Of a DNA stretch of 37,540 nucleotides, positions 1 to 10,447 are shown piece after piece (the stretch's first letter is position 1; every line of letters begins with the position of its first letter). The stretch is from Candidatus Omnitrophota bacterium (GTDB lineage Bacteria > Omnitrophota > Gorgyraeia > Zapsychrales > Zapsychraceae): assembly GCA_015233495.1 (NCBI GenBank), contig JADFXQ010000015.1:1-37540 (forward strand), read 5' to 3'. The notes beneath the pieces were generated by a model. The model worked only from the letters and a program-made list of their open reading frames with translations. It did no database searches and was not told the DNA's origin. The position numbers and the translations under genes are program-made.

Positions 1-1
1 C

Positions 2-274
2 GTGGTATTGTTGTTCGTCTTATTTATTTGGAACGGCGCGCGGATCGCCAAACGCACCACAGATATGTTCGGTTATTATATGGCGGTGGGGATTGTTTTG
101 ATGCTGGGGTTTCAGGCGATGGTAAATATTGGCGTCAGCATTGGCGCTTTGCCGACTAAAGGACTGCCTTTGCCATTCATCAGTTATGGCGGGTCGGCGT
201 TGATTTTTAATATGGCGGCGGTGGGGTTGCTTTTGAATATTTCTCGAGTGCAGGACAGCATCGATAATCGTTAG
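2..274 (+). CDS. ftsW: FtsW/RodA SEDS-family protein, C-terminal part (5' truncated by window edge)
   Basis: Motif NIGVSIGALPTKGLPLPFISYGGS typical of SEDS proteins; lies directly upstream of murG. Confidence 0.93.
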   Translation: MVLLFVLFIWNGARIAKRTTDMFGYYMAVGIVLMLGFQAMVNIGVSIGALPTKGLPLPFISYGGSALIFNMAAVGLLLNISRVQDSIDNR

Positions 275-288
275 GGTTCGCGCTGATT

Positions 289-1359
289 ATGAAAATCGTG
301 ATCACCACCGGCGGTACAGGGGGGCATATTGTCCCGGCTTTTGCAACCGCCCGCTGTTTGCAGGCGTTGGGACATGAAGTCGCTCTCGTCGGCGTGTTCC
401 GCAAAGCGAAAGCCAATATTGTGAACGCGGGGTTTATGGTTGCGGAAATCCCGGGCTGCGGTTTGCGGTCATACCGGCCGGCTGATCTGGCGGAATTTAT
501 GGGAGGCCTGGCGCAAGGGATTAGCCAGGCGGGCCGGTTCATGCGCCGGTTTCAACCGGATCGCGTCGCGGCGTTCGGGGGATACGCGTCGGTAGCGGCA
601 GCGCTGAACGCGGTTTGGCGCAAGGCGCCGTTGATTGTCCACGAACAAAATGTCATTCCCGGCCGGGCAAATCAATGGTTGGGCCGCGCCGCGTTACGGG
701 TCGCGGTAAGTTTTGCCGAGACCAGCGCGTTTTTTGGTACAAAAAAAACGGTTTTAACCGGATGCCCAACCGTGCTCAGCGGCTCGTCTTTGCCGAACCG
801 GCAAGCCGCCCGGCAGGCCTTTGGATTAGACGCGGCAAAACCAACTCTTTTGATTTTTGGCGGCAGTCAGGGAAGCCAGAAAATTAACGCGGTGTTTTTA
901 GAAACAGCCGTATGGCTAAAAGGCGATAGCGAGTTTCAAGTTATTCATGTCGCGGGGGAAAAGGCGTGCGACGCGGTGAGAAAAAGTTACGCCGTCCAAG
1001 AAATTCCCGCGGTTGTTTTGCCGTTTTGTGACCGGATGGCCGCGGCTTATGCCGCGGCGGATCTTGTCGTGGCCCGCGCGGGCGCGCTGACTGTTACGGA
1101 ATTGGGAGTGCTGCGCAAACCCGCGGTTTTAATCCCCTATCCGCATGCGGGTAATCATCAAGCCGCGAACAGTCGTATTCTTAAGGAGACGGGACTGGCG
1201 GCGACTGTCGCGGAAAAGGATTTAACGCCGTATTTGCTTTATGAGAAAATCAAATCGATTCAGACAGTTGTTTTATCTTTGAACCAGGAGGACCAGATTG
1301 CCTCACGTTTTTTCCCGGACGCGGCTGAGCGTCTGGCGCGGACAATTGTGGCGGATTGA
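289..1359 (+). CDS. murG: MurG lipid II GlcNAc transferase
   Basis: GGTGGH N-terminus, HEQNVIPG, GGSQGS, ARAGALT, PYP..HQ..N motifs; dcw context. Confidence 0.96.
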   Translation: MKIVITTGGTGGHIVPAFATARCLQALGHEVALVGVFRKAKANIVNAGFMVAEIPGCGLRSYRPADLAEFMGGLAQGISQAGRFMRRFQPDRVAAFGGYASVAAALNAVWRKAPLIVHEQNVIPGRANQWLGRAALRVAVSFAETSAFFGTKKTVLTGCPTVLSGSSLPNRQAARQAFGLDAAKPTLLIFGGSQGSQKINAVFLETAVWLKGDSEFQVIHVAGEKACDAVRKSYAVQEIPAVVLPFCDRMAAAYAAADLVVARAGALTVTELGVLRKPAVLIPYPHAGNHQAANSRILKETGLAATVAEKDLTPYLLYEKIKSIQTVVLSLNQEDQIASRFFPDAAERLARTIVAD

Positions 1360-2161
1360 AGTGTGCTTGCTGATCTTGGGTCTGGCCGGAATTTTGTCCG
1401 GTATGCCCCCGCGGCCCGCTGCCGCTTCAGACTCTGAGGCAGACGGCAAGTGGCGCGAGCACAAAGAAAATCATTTTATTATTTATTATAAAAGCGCGCC
1501 AGAAGATCTGGTGGTAAACGTCGCGGACACGGCAGAAAATTGTTATCGGGAGATCGCGCATAATTTAGGATTTTCCCGGTATAACAGTTGGTCTTGGGAA
1601 AATCGGGCGAAGATTTACATTTATGACAGTCAGGAAGATTATGTGAACTCTTCCCGTCAGGCGGGTTGGTCGGCGGGGGAGGCGTCGACACGGGAGAAAG
1701 TCATTCGCACTTTTCCGTCGGCAGCTGGTTTTTTTGATTCAGTTCTGCCGCATGAAATGGGGCACATAATCTTCCGGGAATTCATCGGCGCGCGGGCCGA
1801 TGTGCCGTTATGGCTGGAGGAAGGCGTGGCAATGTATCAAGAAAAAGCCAAACGCTGGGGCGCGGATGAGTTCGTCCGCCATGCGATCGCGGAGAAACAA
1901 TTTCTTCCTTTGCCCGAGTTGAGTCAAATGAAGCTGAGCTCCGCGTCGTCGAACCGCGAGGTGAACTTGTTTTACGCGGAAGCGGCTAGCGCATTTCAAT
2001 TTTTATTCAAAGAAGGCGGCGACCGGCATTTCGTGGAGTTTTGCGAAGAATTGCAAAAAAACGATAAGTTTGCGGAAACCTTCCGAAGGGTGTATGGCCG
2101 GTTTGAGACGTTGGAACGTTTGAACCAAAAATGGCTGGAATATTTAAAAAAAGGAAATTAG
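1346..2161 (+). CDS. Exported zinc metallopeptidase-like protein (peptidase MA / gluzincin-like); start uncertain (TTG 1346 chosen, ORF open from 1298)
   Basis: Hydrophobic signal-like N-terminus; HEMGH zinc motif followed by PLWLEEGVAMY carrying the third-ligand Glu. Confidence 0.75.
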   Translation: MWRIEVCLLILGLAGILSGMPPRPAAASDSEADGKWREHKENHFIIYYKSAPEDLVVNVADTAENCYREIAHNLGFSRYNSWSWENRAKIYIYDSQEDYVNSSRQAGWSAGEASTREKVIRTFPSAAGFFDSVLPHEMGHIIFREFIGARADVPLWLEEGVAMYQEKAKRWGADEFVRHAIAEKQFLPLPELSQMKLSSASSNREVNLFYAEAASAFQFLFKEGGDRHFVEFCEELQKNDKFAETFRRVYGRFETLERLNQKWLEYLKKGN

Positions 2162-2188
2162 GCGGTCACTCGTTAGAAGGGAAACGCT

Positions 2189-3583
2189 ATGCAGGATGCC
2201 GCAAGGCAAGACATAAACGGCAAGTATCATTTCATCGGGATTGGCGGGATCGGGATGAGCGCGTTAGCGTTTCTCGCTTTAGACCAAGGGCATCGCGTTT
2301 GCGGATCGGATGTGAAAGACAACGATACGCTCGCGGCGCTGCGCCAGCGGGGCGCGGAAATTTATATCGGTCATGCCGCCTCCCAGATTGGCGACGCCAT
2401 CCGGGTGATTTATTCCACGGCCATTGATCCGCTCAATCCGGAGCTGACTGCCGCGCGAAAGCGGGGTATCCCGATTCTGCGGCGGGCGGAACTCTTAGCG
2501 GAATTGATGACCGGTCACGCCAAAATCACGGTTGCCGGAGCGCACGGAAAAACCACGACGACCGCGATGACGGCGCACCTTTTGACTGCCGCGGGATTGA
2601 ATCCGACCGCGTATGTCGGCGGGATTGTCCAGGGCGGCGCGGCCCACGGCCGTTGGGGGCAGGGGTCCTATTTTGTCGCCGAGGTTGACGAAAGCGACGG
2701 GTCGTTTTTGTGTTTCACGCCGGATTATTCGCTGATTACCAACATTGATAAGGAGCATATGGATTATTACGCCGCGTTTGCCGACATTGTCGCGGCTTAT
2801 GCGGCATTCATTGCCAAGACGCCCCGCGGCGGATTCCTTACCGCTTGCGGCGATGACCGGATTTTGTCCGATTTGATTTTGCGCAGCGGCCGACGGGCGG
2901 TCTTGTACGGCTTCGGCCCGGGAAACGCCTTGACCGCGTCTGACGTGGAAATGCAGGCTTTCGGCAGCGTTTTTTTTGCTGTAAGGCAAGGACAAAAATT
3001 AGGACCAATTCGCTTGAATATTCCCGGAAGGCATAATATTTTAAATGCGTTGGCGTGTATCAGTCTGGGGCTGGAGTTGAGCATCCCTTACCCGCGGATC
3101 GCTGCCAGTTTAGAGAGTTTTACGGGCGTGAACCGGAGGTTCCAACGCAAAGGGTGTGTCCGCGATATTTTGATCATTGACGATTATGGCCATCACCCGA
3201 CGGAAATCGCGGCCACGCTGGCCGCGGCGAAAACCTTGGGCCGGCGGATCATCGCGGTCTGCCAACCGCATCGCTATACCCGGCTGCAGGCTCTGATGGA
3301 CGAATTTGCCGAAAGTTTTAAAAGCGCCGATTATGTGATTGTGACGGACGTTTATCCGGCGAGCGAAAAACCGATTCCCGGCGTGACCGGCGCGGCTTTA
3401 GCGGCGCGCTTAATACAGCAGCCGGGGGCGGCCGCGGCTTATGTTCCGAAGGCGCAAGTTGTCAGTCACGCGGCGTCCTTGGCGCGTTCCGGAGATCTGA
3501 TCATCACTCTGGGGGCGGGTGATGTTACTAAAATGAGCGATGCGTTGGTGACGTTATTAGGCTCTTTTCAATATTGCGCGTAG
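2189..3583 (+). CDS. murC: UDP-N-acetylmuramate--L-alanine ligase
   Basis: HFIGIGGIGMSALA, GAHGKTTTT, EVDESDGSF, DDYGHHPTEI, QPHRYTR motifs. Confidence 0.97.
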   Translation: MQDAARQDINGKYHFIGIGGIGMSALAFLALDQGHRVCGSDVKDNDTLAALRQRGAEIYIGHAASQIGDAIRVIYSTAIDPLNPELTAARKRGIPILRRAELLAELMTGHAKITVAGAHGKTTTTAMTAHLLTAAGLNPTAYVGGIVQGGAAHGRWGQGSYFVAEVDESDGSFLCFTPDYSLITNIDKEHMDYYAAFADIVAAYAAFIAKTPRGGFLTACGDDRILSDLILRSGRRAVLYGFGPGNALTASDVEMQAFGSVFFAVRQGQKLGPIRLNIPGRHNILNALACISLGLELSIPYPRIAASLESFTGVNRRFQRKGCVRDILIIDDYGHHPTEIAATLAAAKTLGRRIIAVCQPHRYTRLQALMDEFAESFKSADYVIVTDVYPASEKPIPGVTGAALAARLIQQPGAAAAYVPKAQVVSHAASLARSGDLIITLGAGDVTKMSDALVTLLGSFQYCA

Positions 3584-3611
3584 GGACCGAGCCGGCAGGA
3601 AGGTCCCCTAC
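3580..3611. repeat. Degenerate GTAG-type REP-like hairpin that supplies the murC stop codon
   Basis: GTAGGGACC (3580-3588) ... GGTCCCCTAC (3602-3611) form an inverted pair with a 1-nt bulge. Confidence 0.5.
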
Positions 3612-3704
3612 ACGCGATTCATGTCGCAAATAAACTTTTACGACGGGTCATGCCGTCCAAATTGTATATACCTGATTTTAAGCACAATAAAAAAGGCGCA
3701 AACC

Positions 3705-4673
3705 ATGCGGAAATACGGAAGGGTGGGAGTTTTAATGGGCGGCTATTCCTCGGAACGCGAGATTTCCTTGAAATCGGGGCAGGCGATTTGTACCGCGTTG
3801 CAAGCCTTGGGATGCGAGGTTATCGCCGTGGACATTGTCGAACACGATGACGCGGCTATAGCGCGTTGTATCGAGGCGAAAAATCTTGACCTGGGATTCA
3901 TCGCCCTGCACGGCCGTCTGGGTGAAGACGGTCAAATCCAACGCATCTTGGAACAAGCCGGGATACCTTACACCGGATCCGGAGTTGAGGCGAGCCAGAC
4001 CGCCATTCATAAAATTCGGACGAAAAACGTTTTGCGGGCCAACGGGATCAATGTGGCGGAAGATGTCACGCTATCCGCCGGGGAGCGTTTATCCCCGGAG
4101 GCGTTTCAAAGGTTGGGAGGTTATCCCTTGGTCGTTAAACCGCTGGCCGAAGGATCGAGCATTGGCGTCAGTTTGGCGGAAGGCCCGACCCAGTTTGAAA
4201 TGGCGGTGGAAGAAGCCGGGAAATACGGACCGCAGATCATGGTGGAAAAATACATTTCCGGACGCGAAATTACCGTGGGTATTCTGGGAAAAGAGGCGCT
4301 GCCCGTCGTGGAAATTTGCGCCAGCCGGACATTTTTTGATTACACCGCGAAATATCAGAAAGGTTTAACGGACTATATTGTCCCCGCCCGGTTGGATGAA
4401 CTGATTGTCCGCCAGGTGCAGGCCGCGGCGCTTAAGGCGCACGAAGCAGTCGGCTGTGAAGATATTTCCCGCGTTGATATGATCATTGATGACAACGGCC
4501 GGTACTATGTTTTGGAAATCAATACGATCCCGGGTTTTACGGCGACCAGTCTTTTGCCGCAAGCCGCGGCGCAGCGAGGGATCAATTTTAATCAACTTTG
4601 TGCTATTTTGGTAGACAGGGCTTATGGTAAAAAAGAAGACGTTCGATTCTCCCGTTCTCCAATTCGTACTTAG
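3705..4673 (+). CDS. ddl: D-alanine--D-alanine ligase
   Basis: VGVLMGGYSSEREISL, ALHGRLGEDG, EGSSIG, FDYTAKY, LEINTIPG; ATG 3705 gives the normal N-terminus. Confidence 0.96.
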   Translation: MRKYGRVGVLMGGYSSEREISLKSGQAICTALQALGCEVIAVDIVEHDDAAIARCIEAKNLDLGFIALHGRLGEDGQIQRILEQAGIPYTGSGVEASQTAIHKIRTKNVLRANGINVAEDVTLSAGERLSPEAFQRLGGYPLVVKPLAEGSSIGVSLAEGPTQFEMAVEEAGKYGPQIMVEKYISGREITVGILGKEALPVVEICASRTFFDYTAKYQKGLTDYIVPARLDELIVRQVQAAALKAHEAVGCEDISRVDMIIDDNGRYYVLEINTIPGFTATSLLPQAAAQRGINFNQLCAILVDRAYGKKEDVRFSRSPIRT

Positions 4674-5448
4674 AAGCGTTATTCTCGGCGCGGTTTTGGG
4701 AGGGATTTGTTTTGCCGTCTATGACGGCGTCACGCGGTTTTTTACCCGAGCGCCGTTTTTCCGGGTTCGCAGCGTCACGCTCGATCCGGCATTGGATTTT
4801 ATCGCGGCCCGGGACTTGGAGGATTTTTCCGGGAAGAATATCTTTGATATTAACTTAGAAGGTTGGCAAGATCATCTGGCCCGCAAATATCCGCAGGTGA
4901 AAGATCTTAAAGTGAGCCGGCGGTTCCCGGGTCAAATTGTCATTTCCGCGCAAAAACGAACGCCGGAAGCTCAAATTCTCACCCGCCGGGATATCTTAAC
5001 GATTGACCATGACGGCGTGGTGTTGTCCACCCAGACCAAAGCGGACCTTCGCTGGGTGCAGATTGAAGGGTTATTCTTAGCCGGGGGACAAATTCGCTTA
5101 GGGGAATCCATTGCGAATCCGGAGGTGAATTACGCGTTAAGAATTATTGCGGCATTTGGCGCGGAAAAAAAATTATCGGGACGGCGGATCGATCGGATCG
5201 TCGTCAAAGGCGGTTCGGATATTGAATTGTATTTGCATGACGGGATTAAGGTCATCATGACCGGTTATCAGATCAAGCAAAAAATCGAGGTTTTGGCAGT
5301 GGTGCTGCAACAACCCAATTTTGATCCGGTGACAACGGCATATGTCGATGTCAGGTTCGGTAGACCCACGCGGGGCGTGAAGACGCCGGAAAACGCCGGG
5401 CGGCGGACGGGGAATGGCCGGCGGCAGACGGTGGGCGGCAAGCGATAG
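4624..5448 (+). CDS. ftsQ: Cell division protein FtsQ/DivIB
   Basis: N-terminal TM helix, POTRA-like segment (VSRRFPGQIVI), C-terminal YVDVRF; position between ddl and ftsA. Confidence 0.85.
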   Translation: MVKKKTFDSPVLQFVLRSVILGAVLGGICFAVYDGVTRFFTRAPFFRVRSVTLDPALDFIAARDLEDFSGKNIFDINLEGWQDHLARKYPQVKDLKVSRRFPGQIVISAQKRTPEAQILTRRDILTIDHDGVVLSTQTKADLRWVQIEGLFLAGGQIRLGESIANPEVNYALRIIAAFGAEKKLSGRRIDRIVVKGGSDIELYLHDGIKVIMTGYQIKQKIEVLAVVLQQPNFDPVTTAYVDVRFGRPTRGVKTPENAGRRTGNGRRQTVGGKR

Positions 5449-5496
5449 ATAGCTGCGGCCGCGGGTTCGCAGTTCCGGGCAACAGAAGAGGAAAAT

Positions 5497-6642
5497 ATGA
5501 TGAAGCGAAGCGGGAAAGACAAGTTTTTTTGCGGAGTGGACATCGGGAATTATCAGTTGAAGGCGGCGATTATCCGTTGCGCCGGTTCCCGGGAAGCAGA
5601 ACTGATCGGCGCGTATGGACAAAAAATTTACGGGTTTAGAGACGGATCCATTACTGATTTAGGGGAGTTGACGGAATGCTTGTCCCACACGCTGAATAAT
5701 TTGTGCCGAAAAACCGGCGTGAAAATCAAAGAGACCGCGTTAGGGATTGGCGGAGATTTGGTTTATGACCGTTGCGGCCGCGCGGTTATTCCGTTGGCGG
5801 AAAGAGGGAACAAAGATATTTTGACGCGGGATATCAAGCGGGTCAACGAACAGGCCGCGTGGCTGGGCACGGAAAATGAAGAAGACGTCTTGCATCAAAT
5901 CCCGCAGATGTATGAGGTGGATGACGCGCATTCTGTTTTGAACCCTTTGGGGCTGTCTGGCAGGCGGATTGGAGTCCAAAGTCTTTTGTTATTGGCTTCT
6001 GCCGCGAAAATGCGGAATATGGCGAAGGCAGTGCAGCAAGCGGGATATGATGTTGTGTTGACGGCTTGCGGATCTTTCGCCGCGGGAGAGGTTTGTTTGA
6101 CGGATCCGGAGAAAGCCACCGGATGCGCTTTGGTCGATATTGGGGCCGCTCAGACCGGGGTGCTGATTTATAAAGACAATGTTTTGCAGAAAAAATATCA
6201 GATTCCGATGGGAGGCAACGATTTTACCCGGGCGATTGCCGGGGAGTTGAAGGTGGCTTTTGAGCTTGCCGAAGAAATCAAAAAATCTTATGGCGCGCTT
6301 TCCGGCCCCGGCGCGGCCGCGGAATCGGATGAAGAAATTTTAGTGCGGAGGGAAAGTCATTATGCCCCGGTTAAAAAAAATATGATTTTTGCCGCGGTAG
6401 CGGCGCCGGCGGAAGAATTGACCCGCCGGATTATGGCCGCTTTGCAAACGTCCGGAATGACGCCCCAAATTAGCGTCGGCATCACGGCCGTCGGCGGAGG
6501 CGCGTTGATGCCGGGCTTGTTGGAGCGGTTATCTGATCAGACACGGCTAGCGGTGAAACGCGGGAAAATTTATTTTTTTGGCCAACAAAAAGTCGGGGAT
6601 GGGGTCTTACACGGCGCCGCTGTTGGATTGGCTTTTTTGGCG
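5497..6642 (+). CDS. ftsA: Cell division protein FtsA (3' end lost in assembly gap)
   Basis: GVDIG, LVDIGAAQT, GGNDFT..IA, AEEIK, GGGALMPG, AAVGL actin-fold motifs; runs into Ns at 6643. Confidence 0.92.
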
Positions 6643-6826
6643 NNNNNNNNNNNNNNNNNNNNNNNNNNNNNNNNNNNNNNNNNNNNNNNNNNNNNNNNNN
6701 NNNNNNNNNNNNNNNNNNNNNNNNNNNNNNNNNNNNNNNNNNNNNNNNNNNNNNNNNNNNNNNNNNNNNNNNNNNNNNNNNNNNNNNNNNNNNNNNNNNN
6801 NNNNNNNNNNNNNNNNNNNNNNNNNN
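6643..6826. other. Assembly gap (184 N)
   Basis: Run of N characters. Confidence 1.
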
Positions 6827-6881
6827 TTTTTTTATTCTTATTTATCTATTCAAAACTTCAAAGCGGCAAATTTAAAAAAAT

Positions 6882-7235
6882 TTATTCGGTGATTTTGGTT
6901 TTTCCGCGGAGTTTACTGAGATTGTAGTTGATGTCTTTGAGGATGGCCCGCAGGCTTTGCATACCGCTGAGCATATAGAGCAGCCAAAACGAGTTAAGGA
7001 GCGCCAATAACGCTATGATCGCGAGATTGTTGGATTGCAAGGCAAGCATTTTTTCCGTTAAATTGGATTTCGCAGCGGCGCTGATGTCTAAGACTCCGCA
7101 GGTGTTGACGAGCCAGACAATGAAAATCCCCGCGAGTATCGCCTCGAAAAAAATAAAATAAAAGTGCCGCAGGATCCATTTTGCAATCCGGTTATCCCAA
7201 TAACGCACTGTATTCATAACATCATTGTAGGACAT
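6882..7235 (-). CDS. Hypothetical small membrane protein (2 TM helices)
   Basis: 117-aa ORF with GGAGG RBS on the minus strand and two hydrophobic segments. Confidence 0.75.
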   Translation of the reverse strand: MSYNDVMNTVRYWDNRIAKWILRHFYFIFFEAILAGIFIVWLVNTCGVLDISAAAKSNLTEKMLALQSNNLAIIALLALLNSFWLLYMLSGMQSLRAILKDINYNLSKLRGKTKITE

Positions 7236-7441
7236 AAGACCTCCCGTCTAGCTGGGTTTTCCGCAGCGGGCGGTTCGCGGCGCGGGTTTCCTTAATTTGA
7301 TTTTAACCTACGGTTCGATAAACGCAATGGTTTTGCCAGAAAATGAATTGACTATTTCCCCGGCCCATGCCATTTTAAAATAAGTCAGTAGAATAATATG
7401 ATGGACCGCGGGACGCTTTTTAAGAAAGGCAGGCACGACGT

Positions 7442-7837
7442 ATGGCGCAAAAGATTTTGATTATCGACGATGAAAGGGTAAATCTTTCTTTAGTCAAATT
7501 TACTTTGGCGGAAAAAGGCTATGCGGTGTCGCAAGCCGTTGATGGCGAAGAAGGCATAGCCAAGGTACAATCGGAGTCGCCGGATTTGATCATTTTGGAC
7601 GTGCAGATGCCGCGCATGAATGGGTATGAATTTATGGGCGCGCTTAAATCCTTACAAGGAGCGCAAATCACGCCGGTCATTATGCTCACCGCCAATGAGA
7701 CGATGGAAGGGATGTTTAAATTGGAAGGGGCGCGGGCCTATTTTGTAAAACCGGTCAATATGGCGGCGTTTTTAAGCAAAGTGAAAGAGATTTTATCCGC
7801 GGAAAAATCAGGGCAGACATCGGCCAACCTCGGATGA
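7442..7837 (+). CDS. Single-domain response regulator (CheY-like receiver)
   Basis: ILIIDD, DLIILDVQMPRMNG, MLTA, YFVKP receiver motifs; no output domain. Confidence 0.93.
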   Translation: MAQKILIIDDERVNLSLVKFTLAEKGYAVSQAVDGEEGIAKVQSESPDLIILDVQMPRMNGYEFMGALKSLQGAQITPVIMLTANETMEGMFKLEGARAYFVKPVNMAAFLSKVKEILSAEKSGQTSANLG

Positions 7838-7856
7838 TTTCCAGTATTTATAAGGA

Positions 7857-9068
7857 ATGATGAAGAAGCCAGAATTACTTTCTCCAGCCGGCGATTGGCC
7901 TTCACTGCACGCGGCGTTAGACAGCGGAGCGGACAGCGTTTATTTCGGTTGTCGTGATTTGAATATGCGACATACGGCGGGTAATTTTGATGTGCTGGAA
8001 TTGAAGAAAATCATGGCGGTGTTGCGCGAACGCGGGAAACGGGGATATTTAACGTTGAACACTTTGATCTCTGAGCCGGATCTCCCGCGGGTTGAGCGTA
8101 TGTTGGCGGAGGCCCAGGCCGCGAAAGTGGACGCGGTAATTCTTTGGGACATGGCGGTTTTGGTTTTGGCAAAACGTCTGGGATTGACCGCGCACTTGTC
8201 GACGCAGGCGAGTGTCGCTAATGCCGCGGCAGCCAAGGCCTACGCGGATTTGGGAGTGTCGCGGATCATTTTAGCCCGGGAATGCGCCTTGACGGAGATT
8301 GCCGCGATCGCGCGGGGTTTAAAGGAAAGCGGCAGTCCTTGCGCCATTGAGGTGTTCATCCACGGGGCGATGTGTGTAAGCGTTTCGGGACGCTGTTTTT
8401 TGTCGCAATACACGCACGATTGTTCGGCGAACGAAGGCCGCTGTGTTCAGCCTTGCCGCCGCGAATATCTGATCCGCGATGTGGAAGACGGACAGGAATT
8501 TGTCGTGGGATCGAATTATATTTTAAGCCCGAAAGATTTATGCGCGATGGATTTTGTCGACCAAGTAATTGCGACTGGCGCGGCGGCTTTGAAAATCGAA
8601 GGCCGGATGCGCAGTCCGGAGTATGTCAAAGTGGTCACGGCCGGTTATCGCGCGGCGATTGACGCTTATGCCGCGGGCACGTTAACCGCCGCGAAAAAAC
8701 AAGCGTTGCGCGAACAACTTTCCGTCGTGTATAATCGGGGATTCTCAACCGGATTTTATTTTGGCCGGCCGCGGGATTGGGTCACGCCGGGATTGGAACA
8801 CTCCCGGCGAAAGGTTTATTTGGGCGACGTGGTCCGGTATTTTGCCAAGATCGGCGTGGCCGAGATCCGGCTGCGTAACGGTGATTTAAAAATCGGCGAA
8901 GAATTGGTGGTGATCGGCAAGACAACGGCCGCGGAAATGTTTACAGTGACGGAAATGCAAATCAATCATCAGCCGGTCGCGGAAGCGCGGCGCGGTTCGC
9001 CGGTCGCGGTGAAGGTCCCGATTGTGTTGCGGCCGGGGGATAAGGTGTATTATTGGAAAAAAATTTAA
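7857..9068 (+). CDS. Peptidase U32 family protein (TrhP/RlhA-like Fe-S RNA hydroxylation family)
   Basis: KPELLSPAG, HLSTQ, ILARE, HGAMC...SGRC...GRCVQPCR, LSPKDL, KIEGR. Confidence 0.92.
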   Translation: MMKKPELLSPAGDWPSLHAALDSGADSVYFGCRDLNMRHTAGNFDVLELKKIMAVLRERGKRGYLTLNTLISEPDLPRVERMLAEAQAAKVDAVILWDMAVLVLAKRLGLTAHLSTQASVANAAAAKAYADLGVSRIILARECALTEIAAIARGLKESGSPCAIEVFIHGAMCVSVSGRCFLSQYTHDCSANEGRCVQPCRREYLIRDVEDGQEFVVGSNYILSPKDLCAMDFVDQVIATGAAALKIEGRMRSPEYVKVVTAGYRAAIDAYAAGTLTAAKKQALREQLSVVYNRGFSTGFYFGRPRDWVTPGLEHSRRKVYLGDVVRYFAKIGVAEIRLRNGDLKIGEELVVIGKTTAAEMFTVTEMQINHQPVAEARRGSPVAVKVPIVLRPGDKVYYWKKI

Positions 9069-9082
9069 AAGGAGTTCCGCTC

Positions 9083-9286
9083 ACATTTTAAATGGGTATT
9101 CCAGGCTAAAAGGCGTTACCTTCTGCCACGGGTTATTTTGGCCGTCTGCTTAGGTTTACGGCGAGCTTTCTTACGCGAATTTATAACGCGGAAAGCTCGC
9201 CGTAAAGCCTCGCAGACTTTTGGCCAAAAAACCCTTATTGTGGCAGAAGGCAACACCTTTTAGCCGTACATTCCCATTTAAAATGT
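9083..9286. repeat. ~200-nt rod-like imperfect palindrome, copy 1 (uninterrupted)
   Basis: ACATTTTAAATGGG/CCCATTTAAAATGT outer arms and TTTACGGCGAGCTTTC/GAAAGCTCGCCGTAAA inner arms; core shared with 24977-25241. Confidence 0.92.
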
Positions 9287-9319
9287 CCGAAGGCCTTTTT
9301 TTATCGGAGAGAACTATCA

Positions 9320-10393
9320 ATGGAGATCGGCATAGTCGGACTACCCAACGTCGGGAAATCAACTTTGTTTAACGCTTTGACCGGCGCGGGGATCGCGGCG
9401 GAGAATTTTCCATTTACGACGATCGAGCCCAATGTGGGGATTGTGCCTTTGACCGATCCTCGTCTGGATGTATTAGCCAAGATCAACCGCAGCGCGAAAA
9501 TTGTGCCGTCGGGAATCCGGTTCGTGGATATCGCCGGGTTAGTGAAAGGCGCGAGTCAAGGCGAGGGCTTGGGGAATAAATTTTTAGCGAATATCCGGGC
9601 GGTGGATGCAATCACTCAGGTGGTCCGCTGTTTTGTCGATGACAATGTCGTGAATGTCATGCCCACGCTCGATCCGGTGGAAGCCGCGGAAATCATTGAA
9701 ACGGAATTACTTTTGGCGGATTTGCAGCAAGCGGAAAAAGCCCTGGAGCGGGTCATCAAACCGGCGCGCGCCGGCGACAAGCCGAGCCAGGAAAAAGCCG
9801 CGGTTCTCGAAAGCATTATCGCGGGTTTCAATCAAGGGAAAACTATCCGCGGCCAAAAACTACCGCTGGAAAGCGTGCGGGAATTTCAATTTTTGACGGC
9901 AAAACCTTTGCTTTACGTGGCCAATACGGATGAGGCGAATTCCTGCCCGGATTTGGTGGAAAAACTGCGGCAGCGCGCCCAGCAAGAAGGGGCCGGCTTG
10001 GTCCAGCTGTGCGCCAAAATGGAAGCGGAAATCGTCGAGCTTCCCGTCGAAGACCGGCAGGGGTACTATGATTCGGCGGGAATCGCGACTCCGGGATTGG
10101 CCAAATTGGCGGCCGCGGGCAAAGACCTGCTCAATTTGATTTCGTTTTTCACGTCGGGAGAACAGGAATCAAGGCTTTGGCTGGTCGCCAAAGGCACCAA
10201 AGCGCCGCAAGCCGCCGGGAAAATTCATTCGGATATGGAACGGGGGTTTATCCGCGCGGAGATTTATCGCTATGCGGATATGGTTACGTATCAGTCAGAA
10301 CCGGCTTTACGCGCCAAAGGGCTGATCACTCTCGAGGGGAAAGAGTATGAAATGCGGGATGGGGATGTGGTTTATTTCCGGTTCAGTGTTTAA
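9320..10393 (+). CDS. ychF: Redox-regulated ribosome-binding ATPase YchF
   Basis: GIVGLPNVGKSTLFNALT, FPFTTIEPN, DIAGLVKGASQGEGLGNKFL, TGS domain ending DGDVVYFRF. Confidence 0.97.
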   Translation: MEIGIVGLPNVGKSTLFNALTGAGIAAENFPFTTIEPNVGIVPLTDPRLDVLAKINRSAKIVPSGIRFVDIAGLVKGASQGEGLGNKFLANIRAVDAITQVVRCFVDDNVVNVMPTLDPVEAAEIIETELLLADLQQAEKALERVIKPARAGDKPSQEKAAVLESIIAGFNQGKTIRGQKLPLESVREFQFLTAKPLLYVANTDEANSCPDLVEKLRQRAQQEGAGLVQLCAKMEAEIVELPVEDRQGYYDSAGIATPGLAKLAAAGKDLLNLISFFTSGEQESRLWLVAKGTKAPQAAGKIHSDMERGFIRAEIYRYADMVTYQSEPALRAKGLITLEGKEYEMRDGDVVYFRFSV

Positions 10394-10447
10394 ACGGAAA
10401 CCAGAGGCGGTCACGCCAGTCGGGTTTCGGAGGGACCTATTAAGGCC

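Noticed and set aside
4624..4673. 50-bp ddl/ftsQ overlap as a frameshift signal
   Set aside because: Both proteins look complete; a short C-terminal extension of Ddl explains it.
6578..6927. ORF extensions across the N gap (476-aa FtsA, 104-aa ORF)
   Set aside because: Artefacts of translating Ns.
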